64,000 nucleotides of DNA from Octopus sinensis (Eukaryota): contig NC_043001.1 in NCBI RefSeq assembly GCF_006345805.1, forward strand, positions 6,324,001 through 6,388,000, given 5' to 3'. The notes under the pieces were generated by a model, which saw only the letters and a program-made list of their open reading frames with translations, did not search any database and was not told where the DNA came from. Each line of letters begins with the position of its first letter. Position 1 is the stretch's first letter. Positions 1-12,785 of this stretch are shown here, one piece after another. Position numbers and translations under genes: made by a program.

Positions 1-175
1 GACGGTGACCGGTAATAAAGTCACAATTTTGGCTAAAGAGAAATTCACAATCAATATATGAAATCTGGACAAAACCCCCTCGAACAACCCCACCCGGACG
101 AACCGCCTGTGACATTTTTCCTGTTACTTTTTTCCCGAGGTATTTTTTCCTGTGGCTTTTTTTACCTGGATTCGT
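1..175. mobile_element. Short MITE-like element with imperfect terminal inverted repeats (may be cut by the window edge)
   Basis: Left ACGGTGACCGGTAATAAAGTCAC resembles the reverse complement of right GTGGCTTTTTTTACCTGGATTCGT; subterminal TGTGACATTTTTCC-like repeats at ~108-168. Confidence 0.4.
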
Positions 176-219
176 GGGGACAGGTCGTCTATCATAATTA
201 ATAAAAAGAATATATGTTT

Positions 220-606
220 CTTTTATCTTCTACTTGATTCAGTCTTTATAGAGCGGCCATGTTATGGCACCACCTTCAAAGTAATTTAGTCGAATAAATT
301 GACCTTTGCCGAAACGCTATGTTATGAGTACTTAAACAAGAACTGGTGGGCATACAAAAGCATAAACCACTCGGAAACACACACGCACGCACACACACGC
401 ATACGTACGCACACACACGCATATATACGCACACACAATCACAACACACACATGCACACACAGTCGCACGTTACTTTCCATCAAACAAATCTCATTTTAA
501 GGGTTTGTCGACCGAGGTTATGGTAGATGACACTTGCTCCCGGTTGTACGCTGTGGGACTGAACCCGGACGCATGTGGTCTGGAGACAAATTTCTTACCA
601 CGCAGA
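220..606 (-). mobile_element. Diverged tRNA-derived SINE, family 1
   Basis: Colinear with the reverse complement of the full copy at 35409-35812 (GTGGGACTGAACCC B-box complement, internal CA microsatellite). Confidence 0.8.
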
Positions 607-864
607 TACCATTAAAACACTATTTAGCATTTTTAGGATTATGATTTGGATTACTAATTGTATTTCATTAATAATTAGTTTCCAACTTTATTCAGAATGC
701 TTTTATCATCATGCAGTGGAGGTTGCCAGCCAACCTAAAAGTGAAAGTTAAAGTGAGACTGCGTGGCCAGGAAAACCGTGCGCTAAAACAGTACCAAATG
801 TTTGATAAAGTATTCTATGAACAATTGGATGAAACGAAAAAATAAATAATTTGCTCTTCTGACT

Positions 865-1300
865 GTAGGCTCAAAGCCTGAAATATTGATAGAGGATTCA
901 AGTGGATTTCATCGACCGAGAGCTTACCTTGTATTTATTTCATAGGCCCCGAAAGGCAAAGTCCATCTAGCAACAATTTGAAGTTCGAACTTTGAACCCA
1001 AACGTAGACAAAATTCTGCTAAACATTTTGTCCGGCGTGCAAACGATTGAGCCAGGCCTTGCCAAAAGGAATAATGATAACGACTTCAAATTTTAGCACA
1101 AAGCCACCAATTTCGGTGCAGAGGAGAAGTCGATTACATCGACCATAGTACTGAACTGGTACATAATTTATCGACCCTGAATGAATAAACGGCAACGCCG
1201 ACCTCTTCAGAATTTGAACTCAGAACATAAAAACTGACGGAATGTCACTCATCATTTCGGTTGCGTACTAATGATTCTGCTAGCTCACTGCGTAGGCTAA
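865..1300 (-). mobile_element. Two diverged tandem copies of SINE family 2
   Basis: AATTTGAACTCAGAAC and TTTATCGACCC motifs are the reverse complement of the 44204-44436 copy. Confidence 0.7.
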
Positions 1301-1307
1301 ATGGAAT

Positions 1308-1308
1308 G

Positions 1309-1402
<94 letters not shown>

Positions 1403-1462
1403 CAATAATAATGATGATAATAATAATCATAATCATCATAATAATAATAATGATAATAATAA
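1308..1462. repeat. (TAA)n microsatellite
   Basis: Directly visible. Confidence 0.98.
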
Positions 1463-1464
1463 AG

Positions 1465-2302
1465 TACGAGTGGGTTTCAAAAGTTTCCTGGACTAATTAT
1501 GTTTAAGTTTTAACAACATCTCTTTCAAAATAGTCACCGTGCGCAACAATACACCGGTTCCAGCTCTCCTGCCACTTTGCAATCCGGCCAGGACGTCGTT
1601 TTCCGTAAGCGAATCGAAGACCTTCTGCGATTCGCTCTGGATCTTAACAACGGTGTTACAATGGCGACGTTTAAGCAGCATTTTCATCTTGTAAAAGTGA
1701 TGAAAGTCCGCCGGTGCAAAATCTGACGAAAACGATACGATTGTTGTTTTTGTCGGAAAACTCACGTCTTAGAAGACGTCAGTAACAGATTGCACTGTCG
1801 TCCTGAAGAATTCCCTTCTCGCGCTCCGAACACCCGGTCACTTTTGCCGCATGTCCTCCTCCGAAAGCCTCAAAACGAAGTAGCAGAACTCTGAGTTGAT
1901 GGTCTGGCCCTGGGGGACAGATTCTGGATTCACAATACCACGTCTCCGGGGTTGAAGTACGTGGTAGGTTTTACAGATCATTCTTTGTCTTCCAGGGAAC
2001 TTCTTATGTTTTGAAGTGGCCATGCCACTCGAAACATTGTGCACAACCCATTCCTTCGCCACCGTAAGCTTGCCAAAGCAAGATCAAACACTCTTGAACG
2101 CAGAATTTCACGTCGGCTCTTTGTTCCTGAACATGGTAACAAAAACACAAATTCTTCAACTTGCAAAGTAAACCAAGCAATGTCATTAAGCGCACTGCCT
2201 CATAAGTGTCCCTGCTATCTCTAACTGCGCACGCAAACGTGTGCTGCCATATGTTGGCGCGTTACATTACTAGACCAGGATCTTTTTGGTGTTCCCACCA
2301 TA
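1465..2302 (-). mobile_element. Decayed, internally deleted mariner transposon
   Basis: Minus-strand remnants EQRADVKFCV (mariner N-terminus) and ESVPQGQTINSEFC; TA-flanked imperfect TIRs TACGAGTGGGTTTCAAAAGTTTCCTGGACTA / TAGACCAGGATCTTTTTGGTGTTCCCACCATA. Confidence 0.8.
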
Positions 2303-2427
2303 TTTGTATACTTTCGTGTTTACGTATGCTTTTAGGGTACAGGTGCGCTTACAGAAAGGCACACACTCATACACAGGTATAATCACCTAACTAACATTAT
2401 TCACAGATGTATGTATACATATCCGAT

Positions 2428-2469
2428 TATACATACATACATACATACATACATACATACATACATACA

Positions 2470-2503
<34 letters not shown>

Positions 2504-2518
2504 CATACATACATACAT
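2428..2518. repeat. (CATA)n microsatellite
   Basis: Directly visible. Confidence 0.97.
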
Positions 2519-2958
2519 TGAAGAATGAGAATTGATATTTCTTTGTTTCTTTTACTGCATCAACATCGTAGGCTGCGATTTCGAAAGAACTACAACAATT
2601 AAAATCTTGTCCTAGAATCAGAGATAAATTCAATACAATACAAAATTTAAATAAATGCAAGAATATTCACGAACTTCGTAATGTTTACGCATGCGCTCCA
2701 ATTCTATGTACCTGTCGGATTTCTTTTCAGCAAGTTCTTTCATTTAGTCTCAACGCTATTGGTATCTGGTTTCCTTTGTAAAATCAATCGAAAGTAATGG
2801 AGTACTTCTAGCTGCTGGGAGACGATCTGAGGTTAAACTGGAAGAGAAAAAAGAAGCAGAACAATTTATTTAAAAATTAGAAATTGTACAGACATACCAA
2901 ATAAATGCACGGTTAACTAGCTGGGTATGAACTTGAAGAAAACATTTTTGTTACCTAT

Positions 2959-2994
<36 letters not shown>

Positions 2995-2995
<1 letters not shown>

Positions 2996-3460
2996 ATTAG
3001 GGCTTAGTAAAATAAATTACTTTGCCACATACTGAACTTACTAGAATTAGCAGCCAAAAAAAGCTTTTTAGCCATTTCTACTACTTAAAGAAAATTTCTC
3101 TCAGATAATGTTTACTCAAAATAACTCACGAAGGTATGGAGGTAAAAACAGAAAAATATCACAAGTACAAAGATCATGTGAGAACGTTAACGTTTCTAGA
3201 TTAGCCAAATAAACTCGTCAGCTCAACATTTCTTAATTTGGATTTGGAAACACTGAAAAGAAAGAACATACCTTTCGGCGACTTATCACCTCAGATGAAC
3301 CCGTTCAGACTGCCAGTGCTAACAAATTCAAAATGCGCAAATGAAGATTCCTGCTCTCCCCTTCCACCCACGTGGGTTATCTAGCAAACATTATATTTTA
3401 ACGGTGAGAACCGAGGCAATATGACAGAGAGAAATGAATTATAATATCAACAATTGTTGA
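2995..3460 (-). mobile_element. (TA)n-flanked non-coding element, probably a Penelope-like 3' end, with a degenerate hammerhead
   Basis: Bounded by TA tracts on both sides; contains a hammerhead-like motif at 3179-3225. Confidence 0.5.
3179..3225 (-). ncRNA. Degenerate minimal type I hammerhead ribozyme
   Basis: Minus strand reads UGAG-CUGACGA-[weak stem II]-GAAA-CGUUAACG-UU-CUCA; helix I UGAG/CUCA and palindromic helix III. Confidence 0.55.
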
Positions 3461-3474
3461 TATATATATATATA

Positions 3475-3534
<60 letters not shown>

Positions 3535-3569
3535 ATATATATATATGTATATATATACACACATAAATA

Positions 3570-4215
3570 TTAAGTTGTTTCACATGAAATGTCTTATTTG
3601 AAAGGTAAGAATAAAATATTTCAGAAGTGTTGGAGACCTGATTTATTTAATCAAAGTATGATCCATTTTCATTTACGAAGTTTTATCCAACGTTTCTCTA
3701 TGTCAAATATTCAATCTTTAAAAAGAAATTCATAGTTTGCTGTGATAAACTTTTTTCCGAATGTTTCACTTACCTCTTCTCTATTTAAGAATGTTTTATT
3801 GCTTATTAAAATCTGAAAACGTTTAAATAAGTGATGATCAGTAGGACAGATTTCAGGGGAATAGGGATGATGTTACGAAATCTCATAATTCAGCTTTGCG
3901 ACTTTTCGACCGTAGCTTGAGGAATGTGAAGACGTTCATTGTCGTGGAGCAAAATTGGGCCATCTCTATTCACTAGTCTGGGTTGCTTCTTTTTCAAGTT
4001 CTCATGCATACAATCAATTTCTTGGCAATACAATGTAACTGTTACAGCTTTTCCTTGTTACAAAAATGAATAAGGAATAATTCCCTTCGCAGGCCACTAT
4101 ACAGTGGCCACTAATATTTTAGGGTGTAATGGTGGGCTTTGGTAGTATTTACCTGATTCTCCTGCATCTACACACTGGCCTGTTCTCCTTCTGTTGTCAA
4201 AGGGTGTCTCTTTCT
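3570..4215 (-). mobile_element. Decayed mariner transposase, C-terminal half
   Basis: Minus-strand ILLHDNERLH and HHPYSPEICPTDHHLF, versus mariner HDNARPH and HPPYSPDLAPSDYHLF. Confidence 0.8.
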
Positions 4216-4224
4216 CATGAGGAC

Positions 4225-4512
4225 TTTATCTTTGTAAGCCTAATACTTAATCTATCGGGTATGTAAACACACCAACATCGGTTCTCAAATGGCGGTGGGC
4301 GTGGGAACAAACATCCACAAACATACACACACACATACACAAATACACACACATATGTACGACGAGGATCTTCCAGTTTGCGCCTGCTACGAGGCTTTGG
4401 TCGGCCCGAGGCTATAGAAGAAAACGCCTTCACAAGGTGCCACGCAGTGGGACTGAACCCAGGTCGATGTGGCTGTTAAGCATGCTACTCTACCACACAG
4501 CCACTCCTGCTC
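4225..4512 (-). mobile_element. SINE family 1, 3'-truncated
   Basis: CCACGCAGTGGGACTGAACCC...CCACACAGCCACTCCTGC head. Confidence 0.85.
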
Positions 4513-4520
4513 ATATATAT

Positions 4521-4553
<33 letters not shown>

Positions 4554-4559
4554 TGTATG

Positions 4560-4875
4560 GCATTTGTCTGGCATTCAGAATCAAGATATGTAAACCACCT
4601 GAAGAATGACTGTAACTCGAAAATTTTAAGAATTGAACAGCGATGAAACGATCGTAGTGTTATAATAATTATCTTTTTTAATAATTTTGATATATATTTA
4701 AATAATATAAATTAATTAATCTTATGTATTGGCTTAAGTTTTTCATTGTATGATTTGCCTAATAGTGGTTTTATCTCTAATTTAATATAATATAATAATT
4801 TACTATAAAATTAGATTCAATCCTAAATCTGATTTTTCCCTGTAAGTTTGGATTTATTCCCTAATATTTTATTAT
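4560..4875 (+). mobile_element. Hammerhead-bearing non-coding element ending in (TA)n (family B, Penelope-like 3' end)
   Basis: Homologous to 21533-21643 (+) and 21697-22020 (-); hammerhead at 4593-4661. Confidence 0.7.
4593..4661 (+). ncRNA. Type I hammerhead ribozyme with long helix II
   Basis: CAC-CUGAAGA-AUGACUGU...ACAGCGAU-GAAA-CGAUCG-UA-GUG; intact core, palindromic helix III, GUA triplet. Confidence 0.7.
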
Positions 4876-4982
4876 ATATATATATATATTAATCAATTTA
4901 GGGTAGCAAAAAATTCAATAGAAATTTATCGCTACCAGCGGCCTAGTGGAAAAGAGAGAATAGTCAAAGACTAAATATATAA

Positions 4983-5074
4983 AATTAAACAATTTAGGAA
5001 TGGCCTTAACAGGCCATGAGTTATGGCTGCTCTCTCTGGTGGACGAATGGCCTGTTAAGGCCATTCCTAAATTG

Positions 5075-5081
<7 letters not shown>
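4983..5081. repeat. Perfect 35-bp inverted repeat with 29-nt spacer, next to a TA tract
   Basis: AATTAAACAATTTAGGAATGGCCTTAACAGGCCAT (4983-5017) and its exact reverse complement (5047-5081). Confidence 0.95.
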
Positions 5082-5118
<37 letters not shown>

Positions 5119-5710
5119 CATATGTGGGTAGAGGACGTCACAAACATTAAACTGCGTGGAATACATTGTTTCCTGTCTTACACAACAAATCTCTTTCAAT
5201 AGATTATATATTTGAATGTATATAAATTAAAGAATGTATGTATGAAGGTTCGTTATTCACTTTTATTTCAAGATTCCTTGCCAATAGAGGAAGAACCGGT
5301 TTCTAGCCTACATCCAAAGCTCCTTCACTGGAATTACAACATCAGCAACAGAGTATTTTTCTATGTATGCATGTATGTATGTGAGTATGTATGTATGTAT
5401 GTATGTATGTATGTATGTATGTATGTATGTATATATGTATGTATCTTTGTATGCATGTATGTATGTATGTATGTATGCATGTATGTATGTATGTGTATGC
5501 ATGTATGTATATGTGCAGATTTGTATGTTAAGTTTTATGCATTATTTTCTCATCCACATAGCTACATATGTAGACAAGCTCATATATATACATACATACA
5601 TACTTATATATATATAAATGTATGTATGTATATGGATTTGTATATATGTGTGTGTATATATATGTATGTATACGGATATGTTATGTATATATGTATGTAT
5701 GTATGTATGA

Positions 5711-5960
5711 TCAAATCATAAACTTCTGGAAACTTTTACAGACATTTACAGGTACAGCGATGGATCGGATCTGTAGTCTTCGAAATAGTTTTCTCCTTTC
5801 TGGTTTTGAGAAACCGAATTTCTCAAGACTGGTATTTAGGCAGTCTGTTATATATACCAGACCTTCCATAATTACAGGTATAAACCTGAACTTGTAATCT
5901 AGATAGTGCAACTGCAGATTGCTCATTAGTTCAGAGCAGGTATTCGCTTTTGAGAATACA
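5711..5960 (-). mobile_element. 3' end of an R4/Dong-like non-LTR retrotransposon (restriction-like endonuclease C-terminus)
   Basis: KANTCSELMSNLQLHYLDYKFRFIPVIMEGLVY...LEKFGF resembles the K..KY..L...VIPIIIGALG REL motif; embedded in (TATG)n. Confidence 0.7.
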
Positions 5961-7335
5961 TAGATACGTACGTACTTATATATGTATGTACGTATGTATC
6001 TATGTATGTATGTAAGTATGTATGTTTCAGTCAATAGACTGCGGCCATGCTGGTGCAGCGCCTGAAAAACTTTTTTGTCGAATGAATCGATACCAGAATT
6101 TATTCTTAAACCTGGTATTTATTTTCTCGCCGCTTGCAGATATGTTAATTATAGGCACACAACAAGCAGCGCTGATTAATATCGAGTTGTGTGTAATTTT
6201 AACAAGTTCTTTTACACTCAGTCATACAAAGACCTCAATTGTGAAAATCTTCCCAGGAGAGAAACAATGTTTTAGAAATCGTGCAGTTGTGTGAAAACAC
6301 CACTGCACTATGAAAGAGATTTGTACAGATCTCTATTACAATCATTGCTGCAATTAATTAATTCTAGAATGACAAAGGATTGAGCACATTTTCACACGTT
6401 CCATTTGCTGACTGAATATAAGACCAGTAGTTCTCAATGGGTTTCGAACGATGGTTTCGTTCTCCGTGTGTGATGAAGAGTAACGACGCGGTAAAAGAAG
6501 TCGTTTTACGGTTCGATGACCATTATTTGTAACCTAATATTTCCTTCTTTATACAGCTGTCTAGAAGGAGAAATTCTCCCCAGAGTAAACTTTCGCCGCA
6601 TAAATATTCATATATGTATGCGAGTATGAGTATGTATATGTAAATGCGTACATGTGTATTTGTGTGAAATCTAAGAAGCTGACTAATGACTAAGTCTTGA
6701 ATTCACGATACCCGACAATATGCATTACACGGCTATTCAAAATTGTGTTCCGTGCGGCACAATACTACCGCCGGGAACATGTTTATTACATTTCAATATC
6801 TGACCACTTTAATCACAGATCTTATATTATGCCTATTAATTACAATCTATGTTCTTTCATATTTCAAACGCTTTACATAGGCGTGATAATGTACAAAGCA
6901 ATGTATACGGTTCTTTGCATCTGCAATTATTTACAAACCATAAATCATAGTCAAAGCAGTGTTCGTCAGATATGTTAGTTCGGTGCTTCAAGCAAATAAG
7001 CAACGCGACCGGTAATTAGCTCCGCCCCATTATGTTATGAGTTTGCAATGGATCGCAGTTTCCCTTTCACTTTCAGATTTGTGTGGAGTAAGAAGTAAGA
7101 GGAGGACGTACGAAATTTATTAAGGTCGAATGTTGTATTCCAACGGTAGCAGAAATTATAAATGGCTACCCTCTGCTGGAGAGTTCTGTATATTCTTGTT
7201 TACTCGATGATCAGCCCGTAGTGGGAGCACTAACGAATACGGAAGCTGGTAGCATCCTTCTCTTCAGGCAAAAACAAGCATGCATATATATTGTATGTTT
7301 ATTTTTTTCATACATACATACACATATATGTACAC

Positions 7336-7396
7336 GCACACACACACACACACACACGTAAACATATACCTATGTGAGAAAGAGAGAGAAACAGAT

Positions 7397-7440
<44 letters not shown>
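7336..7440. repeat. (CA)n and (GA)n microsatellites
   Basis: Directly visible. Confidence 0.95.
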
Positions 7441-7445
<5 letters not shown>

Positions 7446-7929
7446 AGAGACAAATACAGAAAAGATAGTCAATGTTAAATAGTAAATAACTTTTAAATTT
7501 TCCTCTGTAATTTGATGGTAAGCAATGACATATATCACTGAATGAAGCGGAGGATAAGAGCGGAGAACTGATTCAACATTCACACCAACATGAAGAGAAT
7601 GCAATGCCGCGTTGACAACAGGCAATCGAAATATAAGTTGACACACTGGCTTAGAAACGAAATTCGCTTTGAGTCAGTGGAGGGAACTTGGTTTCACATC
7701 TTTCACCAACCAGGTGGATTTTTTCAATCTTAATATCAAAACAAATATTACATAAAATAAATGCTATCTTTCAGAGCCATGCCAGGCTCATAAGGGCCGG
7801 TTTCTCTGTTTCAGTGATCCAGGAATCGAAAACACTATCTTACGATCATGCCCCCAACAGCCTAACCACTGAGCTACGCGCTTCCACTATCAAAACAAAC
7901 AGAAGTGTAGTAATTATAATTGTTATTGC

Positions 7930-8505
7930 TATGAGGGTCGGCTGAAAAGAACTTCAGCGCTGGAGCATCCTCCTGATGAAACATGACCAACTTCAGTTTT
8001 GCTTGGCGTTTGGTCGTAGTAATCTTTCATAACTGCCTTAAATAGTTGGCATAGTACTCTCCTTTCATGGTGTGACCCTTATGAATAGAATGGAAGCACT
8101 CCGTCGGTTACGACGACGAGGGTTCCGGTTGATCCGTTCAACGGAACAGCCTGCTCGTGAAATTACCGTGTAAGTGGCTGAGCACTCCACAGACACGTGT
8201 ACCCTTAACGTAGTTCTCGGGGATATTCAGCGTGACACAGAGAGTGACAAGGCCGGCCCTTTGAAATACAGGTACAACAGAAACAGGAAGTAAGAGAGAG
8301 AGAGAGTTGTGGTGAAAGAGTACAGCAGGGATCACCACCATCCTCTGCCGGAGCCTCGTGGAGCTTTAGGTGTTTTCGCTCAATAAACACTCACAACGCC
8401 CGGTCTGGGAATCTAAACCGCAATCCTACGACCGCGAGTCCGCTGCCCTAACCACTGGGCCATTGCGCCTCCACACCCTTATGAATATGGTCAATGAACA
8501 CATGG
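7930..8505 (-). mobile_element. Mariner transposase fragment interrupted by a SINE
   Basis: VFIDHIHKG|HTMKGEYYANYLRQL...FHQEDAPA reads across the SINE insertion. Confidence 0.7.
8088..8474 (-). mobile_element. Full-length tRNA-derived SINE (family 4) with 13-bp target-site duplication
   Basis: Head GGCGCAATGGCCCAGTGGTTAGGGCAGCGG with A box and degenerate B box; TSD ACCCTTATGAATA at 8075-8087 and 8475-8487. Confidence 0.92.
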
Positions 8506-8539
8506 AATGAGAATCGGGCCGAAAGTTTGATAGAGACGG

Positions 8540-8985
8540 AGAAATGAAAGACTTAAGCGATGAAATGATAGACCGGACGTAACAAGGATAGAAAAGGAAA
8601 GGCGAATTTGCTTAGGAATGGTTGCATTGTGTTTATTTGATTACAGAAATGCAAAGAAAGAGGACGAAAAACACAAGGATTACAATTCCTTTAAATATGA
8701 AATTGCAAGAATTTGAGTAAACTTTTACCAATGACAATTGGTGTATTGGGAACTGTAGCCGGAGATAAAGCCAAACGGTTGAAGGAGATAGGATGAGATT
8801 GTCCTGTACAGCTTCCACAAAAGGTTAGCCTCTTAGGTACTGGAAAGATTATCAAGAGTGTTCTATGCTCTTCAAATACTCTTGAAAGTTAATGGACACC
8901 TTAGGCTACAGGCCGTAACGTGTAATCTACCCGAGTCCCATAAGGAATATGACCGAACCTGAGGCAGATCGATAATAGTAATAAG
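8540..8985 (+). mobile_element. Decayed R4/Dong-like REL domain and 3' UTR
   Basis: RPDV...KKEDEKHKDYNSFKYEIARI...LPMTIGVLGTV...QKVSLLGTGKIIKSVL, with stops and frameshifts. Confidence 0.7.
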
Positions 8986-9403
8986 GAGAAGATAAAATGA
9001 TGATGATGATGATGATGAAGATGTAGGAGACGAAGACGGGGAAGAGGATAGGAGAGAATGGGGAGGAAAAAGGAAGTGGGAAGAAGGAGCAGGGGAGAGG
9101 AGAAGAAGGAAGAGAAGAACAAGAAGGAGGAAGAGTAAGAGGAGAAGGACGAGGAGGAGGAGGAGGAAGAGGAAGAGAAGATGACGAAGAAGGAAACGAA
9201 GAAGAAGAAGAAAAATAGGAGAAGAAAAAAGGAGGAGATGGGAAGGAGGGAGGAGGAAATGAGGAGAGGAGAAGGTGAGGGAGTAGTAGTAGTAGTAGTA
9301 GTAGAAGAAGAAGAAGAAGAAGAAGAAGAAGAAGAAGAAGAAGAAGAAGAAGAAGAAGAAGAAGAAGAAGAAGAAGAAGAAGAAGAAGAAGAAGAAGAAA
9401 GAA
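8985..9403. repeat. Purine-rich low-complexity tract ending in (GAA)n
   Basis: Directly visible. Confidence 0.95.
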
Positions 9404-10281
9404 GTGCATGTCTGCAGAATATGTTTTCATATTGTAACTTTAGTTTCCTCATGTTCTCAGTTCTCGAATTTACCAAATATTTTTGAGACCATTAGTATGA
9501 TATTCTGTTTGCGTTAACAATATTGTGCATTACTTTTCTTTGCTTCCATCGCTAAACGAGAAAAGTGTTGAACATACGCTTTCTTCAATTATAATCTCAT
9601 AAATTTCTAGGGATTCAGCGTTTTTAGGAAGTAAATTTACACAACAGGACCTCTGCTAGCTAATACAATTTCTACTTACTTTTTACAATGACTTTCCACA
9701 AGATAGTACATCTTTATCGATCGAGTTAACCTTGGCAAAAGCTGTTTCGTGACGAGCAGTTTTTGACCACCGGAAACAACATGAAGAAAAAATGGTGGAT
9801 TGAAAATCCCACAGTAATTATTTCTATTGAACTCATCTTTGCGTGAGGGCATTCGGTTCCTTCACCTGCAGCATCACTGATTCTCTCGTTGTGTTCCAGC
9901 TTGAATTTTCAAAGAATCGTAAATTCCTTTGAAAGAATAAAACGAATCAGATTTGACAGATTTAAAAGAAAAACATTTAGAAAGAAAATGAAGATTTTTC
10001 TTAGGATATAACAATGTGTGTACATTTTCATATTTATTGGTTTACAATAGAATTATATTCAGAGATGATATGTCAGTAGGTAACATTTATATTTTTGGAT
10101 ATCAATTCATTCTTAATTACGGCATTTTGAATTCAATTCAGCCTTAATTAGAAGGTTGCTTACGCGTAAAGTTTATATTAAATGCATTATATAAATCAAA
10201 TACACTCAAACAAGCATATCATACATATACACTCTCTCCCACACACACGCACACGTATATATACATGCATATATGCATATA

Positions 10282-10328
<47 letters not shown>

Positions 10329-10798
10329 ATATATATATATATTATATATATATGTATATATATAAATATTTAAATATACCTATGTATATATATGTATATA
10401 TGTATATACATATGTGTGTGTGTGTGTGTTTGTGATGGGGCCTGTGTGCGAAAAACCAAGGCAAGAAATTTCACACTACCTTGGATTTTCTTTAAGGTAT
10501 ATCATGTTCACACGCGACCGCGTTAGACTCCCCACTCGTACTATTATGGAACCGGGAGTCTAACAGCGGTTCTTCCGTAGCATTTATATAGCCTGACCTG
10601 CCTTTTCGTTCTTTTGGTTACCAAAAACCTGTCAAACTATGTGGGCGTCTTTTCAGAACATTGTCTGCTTTAAAAGGCCACTTTAGATGCTATGATAGGT
10701 CTAAGTTGTAGGCATAGGAGGTGGTCAAACTCTGCCTAAGTAGACATCCACTATATATATATATATATTATATATATATATATATAATATATGTATAT

Positions 10799-10873
<75 letters not shown>

Positions 10874-10989
10874 CACATATACACACAACTATATGTCTAC
10901 ATATTATGCTTTATAAATAATAAAACCTATTATTCCTTTCCAAAATATTTCAATTCATCTTTAAATAGTAGTAGTAATGCATGTTGATG

Positions 10990-11132
10990 TTATGTTCTGA
11001 GTTCAAATTCTACCGAGCTCGTCTTTGCCTTTCGTATTTTCGAGGACGTTAAATTAAGTACCAGTTGCATACTGGATCGATCTAACCGACTGGCCCCTTC
11101 TACCAAAATCTGAGATGTTGGGCTTAGATTAG
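10990..11132 (+). mobile_element. SINE family 2 fragment
   Basis: GTTCTGAGTTCAAATTC...TTTGCCTTTC...AAATTAAGTACCAG. Confidence 0.75.
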
Positions 11133-11745
11133 AAAAAAAGAAAGAATGTTCATTGAAGTTATTTTAAATTATTTTTCACGGTTTCTGACAACTCCCTACG
11201 GCTTCCGTCCTGGAGTTCAGGTAGCCTAAGATAAACTCGTGTCAGCTTATAAGGAGTATATATTTTTCAGCCTATCACAATTTACATAGTCTTGTTCCAT
11301 TGCGATGGGGCCCACTAGTTTCTAGGAATTTCCACCTGATGTTAAAGAGCGTATGATCGTCTTTTAAGCGCCATACGTATGCTGCGAATGTCGTTGCATA
11401 GCGACGTATTAATATTGATACAAACGCAAGAAAAAATGAAGACGAACGAAAGAAGCCTTATCTCCCTTTTTGTCATTGGCTGGGATCGAAGCTGTGTTCC
11501 AGTTGTTCGGGTCGGTGGTGTTTCCTTTGTCCTGTCAGGGATCACGGTTGTTTGTGGCCGTAGGCATTGACTCTGGCCCTCTTCGGTCACAGAGAGTTTA
11601 GGGAAGACATATTATTATTACATACACACGCACACACACACACACATACATACATGTATGTACGTATGTATATATGTATATCTATACCTGTGTGTAAGTG
11701 TGCGTGTGCATAACTGAATATATATATATATATGTATGTATATAT

Positions 11746-11783
<38 letters not shown>

Positions 11784-11825
11784 AATATATATAGATAATA
11801 CATACTTACAATTTATATAATCAAC

Positions 11826-12367
11826 CGCAGCGTGGAAGGTATTTATAAGCTATTTAAAAACAGCAAAACCGTTATCCTCACTTCAACATTTAAATTTAAT
11901 TTGCCAAAATATCTTCGTCGCTTTGAGACCGCGTCCAGTTCACTGATAAAATTCCGTGCTGCATCTGAGAAAGTAACATTTAGTTCATGATGTGTGTATG
12001 CATGTATGTATATATGTATATATGTATGTATGTATGTATGTATGGATGTATGTATGTGCGTATGTAATATATATGTACCTGTGTGTAGATGTATGTGTGT
12101 AGATGTGCCTGTGTGTGTCTACATGTATATGTACATAATCATACGTTCACATGTACACACACAGACACGTCTACACTCTTACCTAAATACTCATACATAC
12201 ATGTGTATAATCATGCACGCATACATGCAAATGTACACATATGAATTTACACATATACATACACTTACATACATATGACATACATACTTACATACGTATG
12301 TACATACATACATGTATACATACATACATATATACATACATACATACATACATATATACATACATAT

Positions 12368-12406
<39 letters not shown>

Positions 12407-12536
12407 TTTACGAATAAGAGTTTTTACTGCTATTTCAAGCAGGTAGACATACTTAGTATGTCCTTTGATTAATTTTAATTATATATATATATAATATATA
12501 TAATATATATATATATTAATATATATATATAGATAT

Positions 12537-12585
<49 letters not shown>

Positions 12586-12785
12586 GTACGTACGTACATA
12601 CATGTGTACATATATATCATGAACTAACTGTTATTTACTCAGATGCAGCACGGAGTTTTGTCAGTGAACAGGTCGCGGTCTCAAAGCGAAAATACTTTGG
12701 TAAATCAAATTCAAATGTTGAAGTAAATCTAACGGTTTTTGTGCGTTTTTTTTAAATAGCTTATAAACACCTTCCACGCTGCAAT
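11826..12785. repeat. Inverted pair of a ~165-bp element around compound microsatellites
   Basis: 11826-11990 is a diverged reverse complement of 12618-12785. Confidence 0.85.

Noticed and set aside
5289-5333. Hammerhead-like GUGAAGG...GAAACCGGUUC on the minus strand
   Set aside because: The core deviates at positions 3 and 9 and helix I does not pair; at best a relic.
12652-12700. Hammerhead with a G3-C8 core (GUGAACA)
   Set aside because: It has CAAA in place of GAAA and no helix III/UH triplet.
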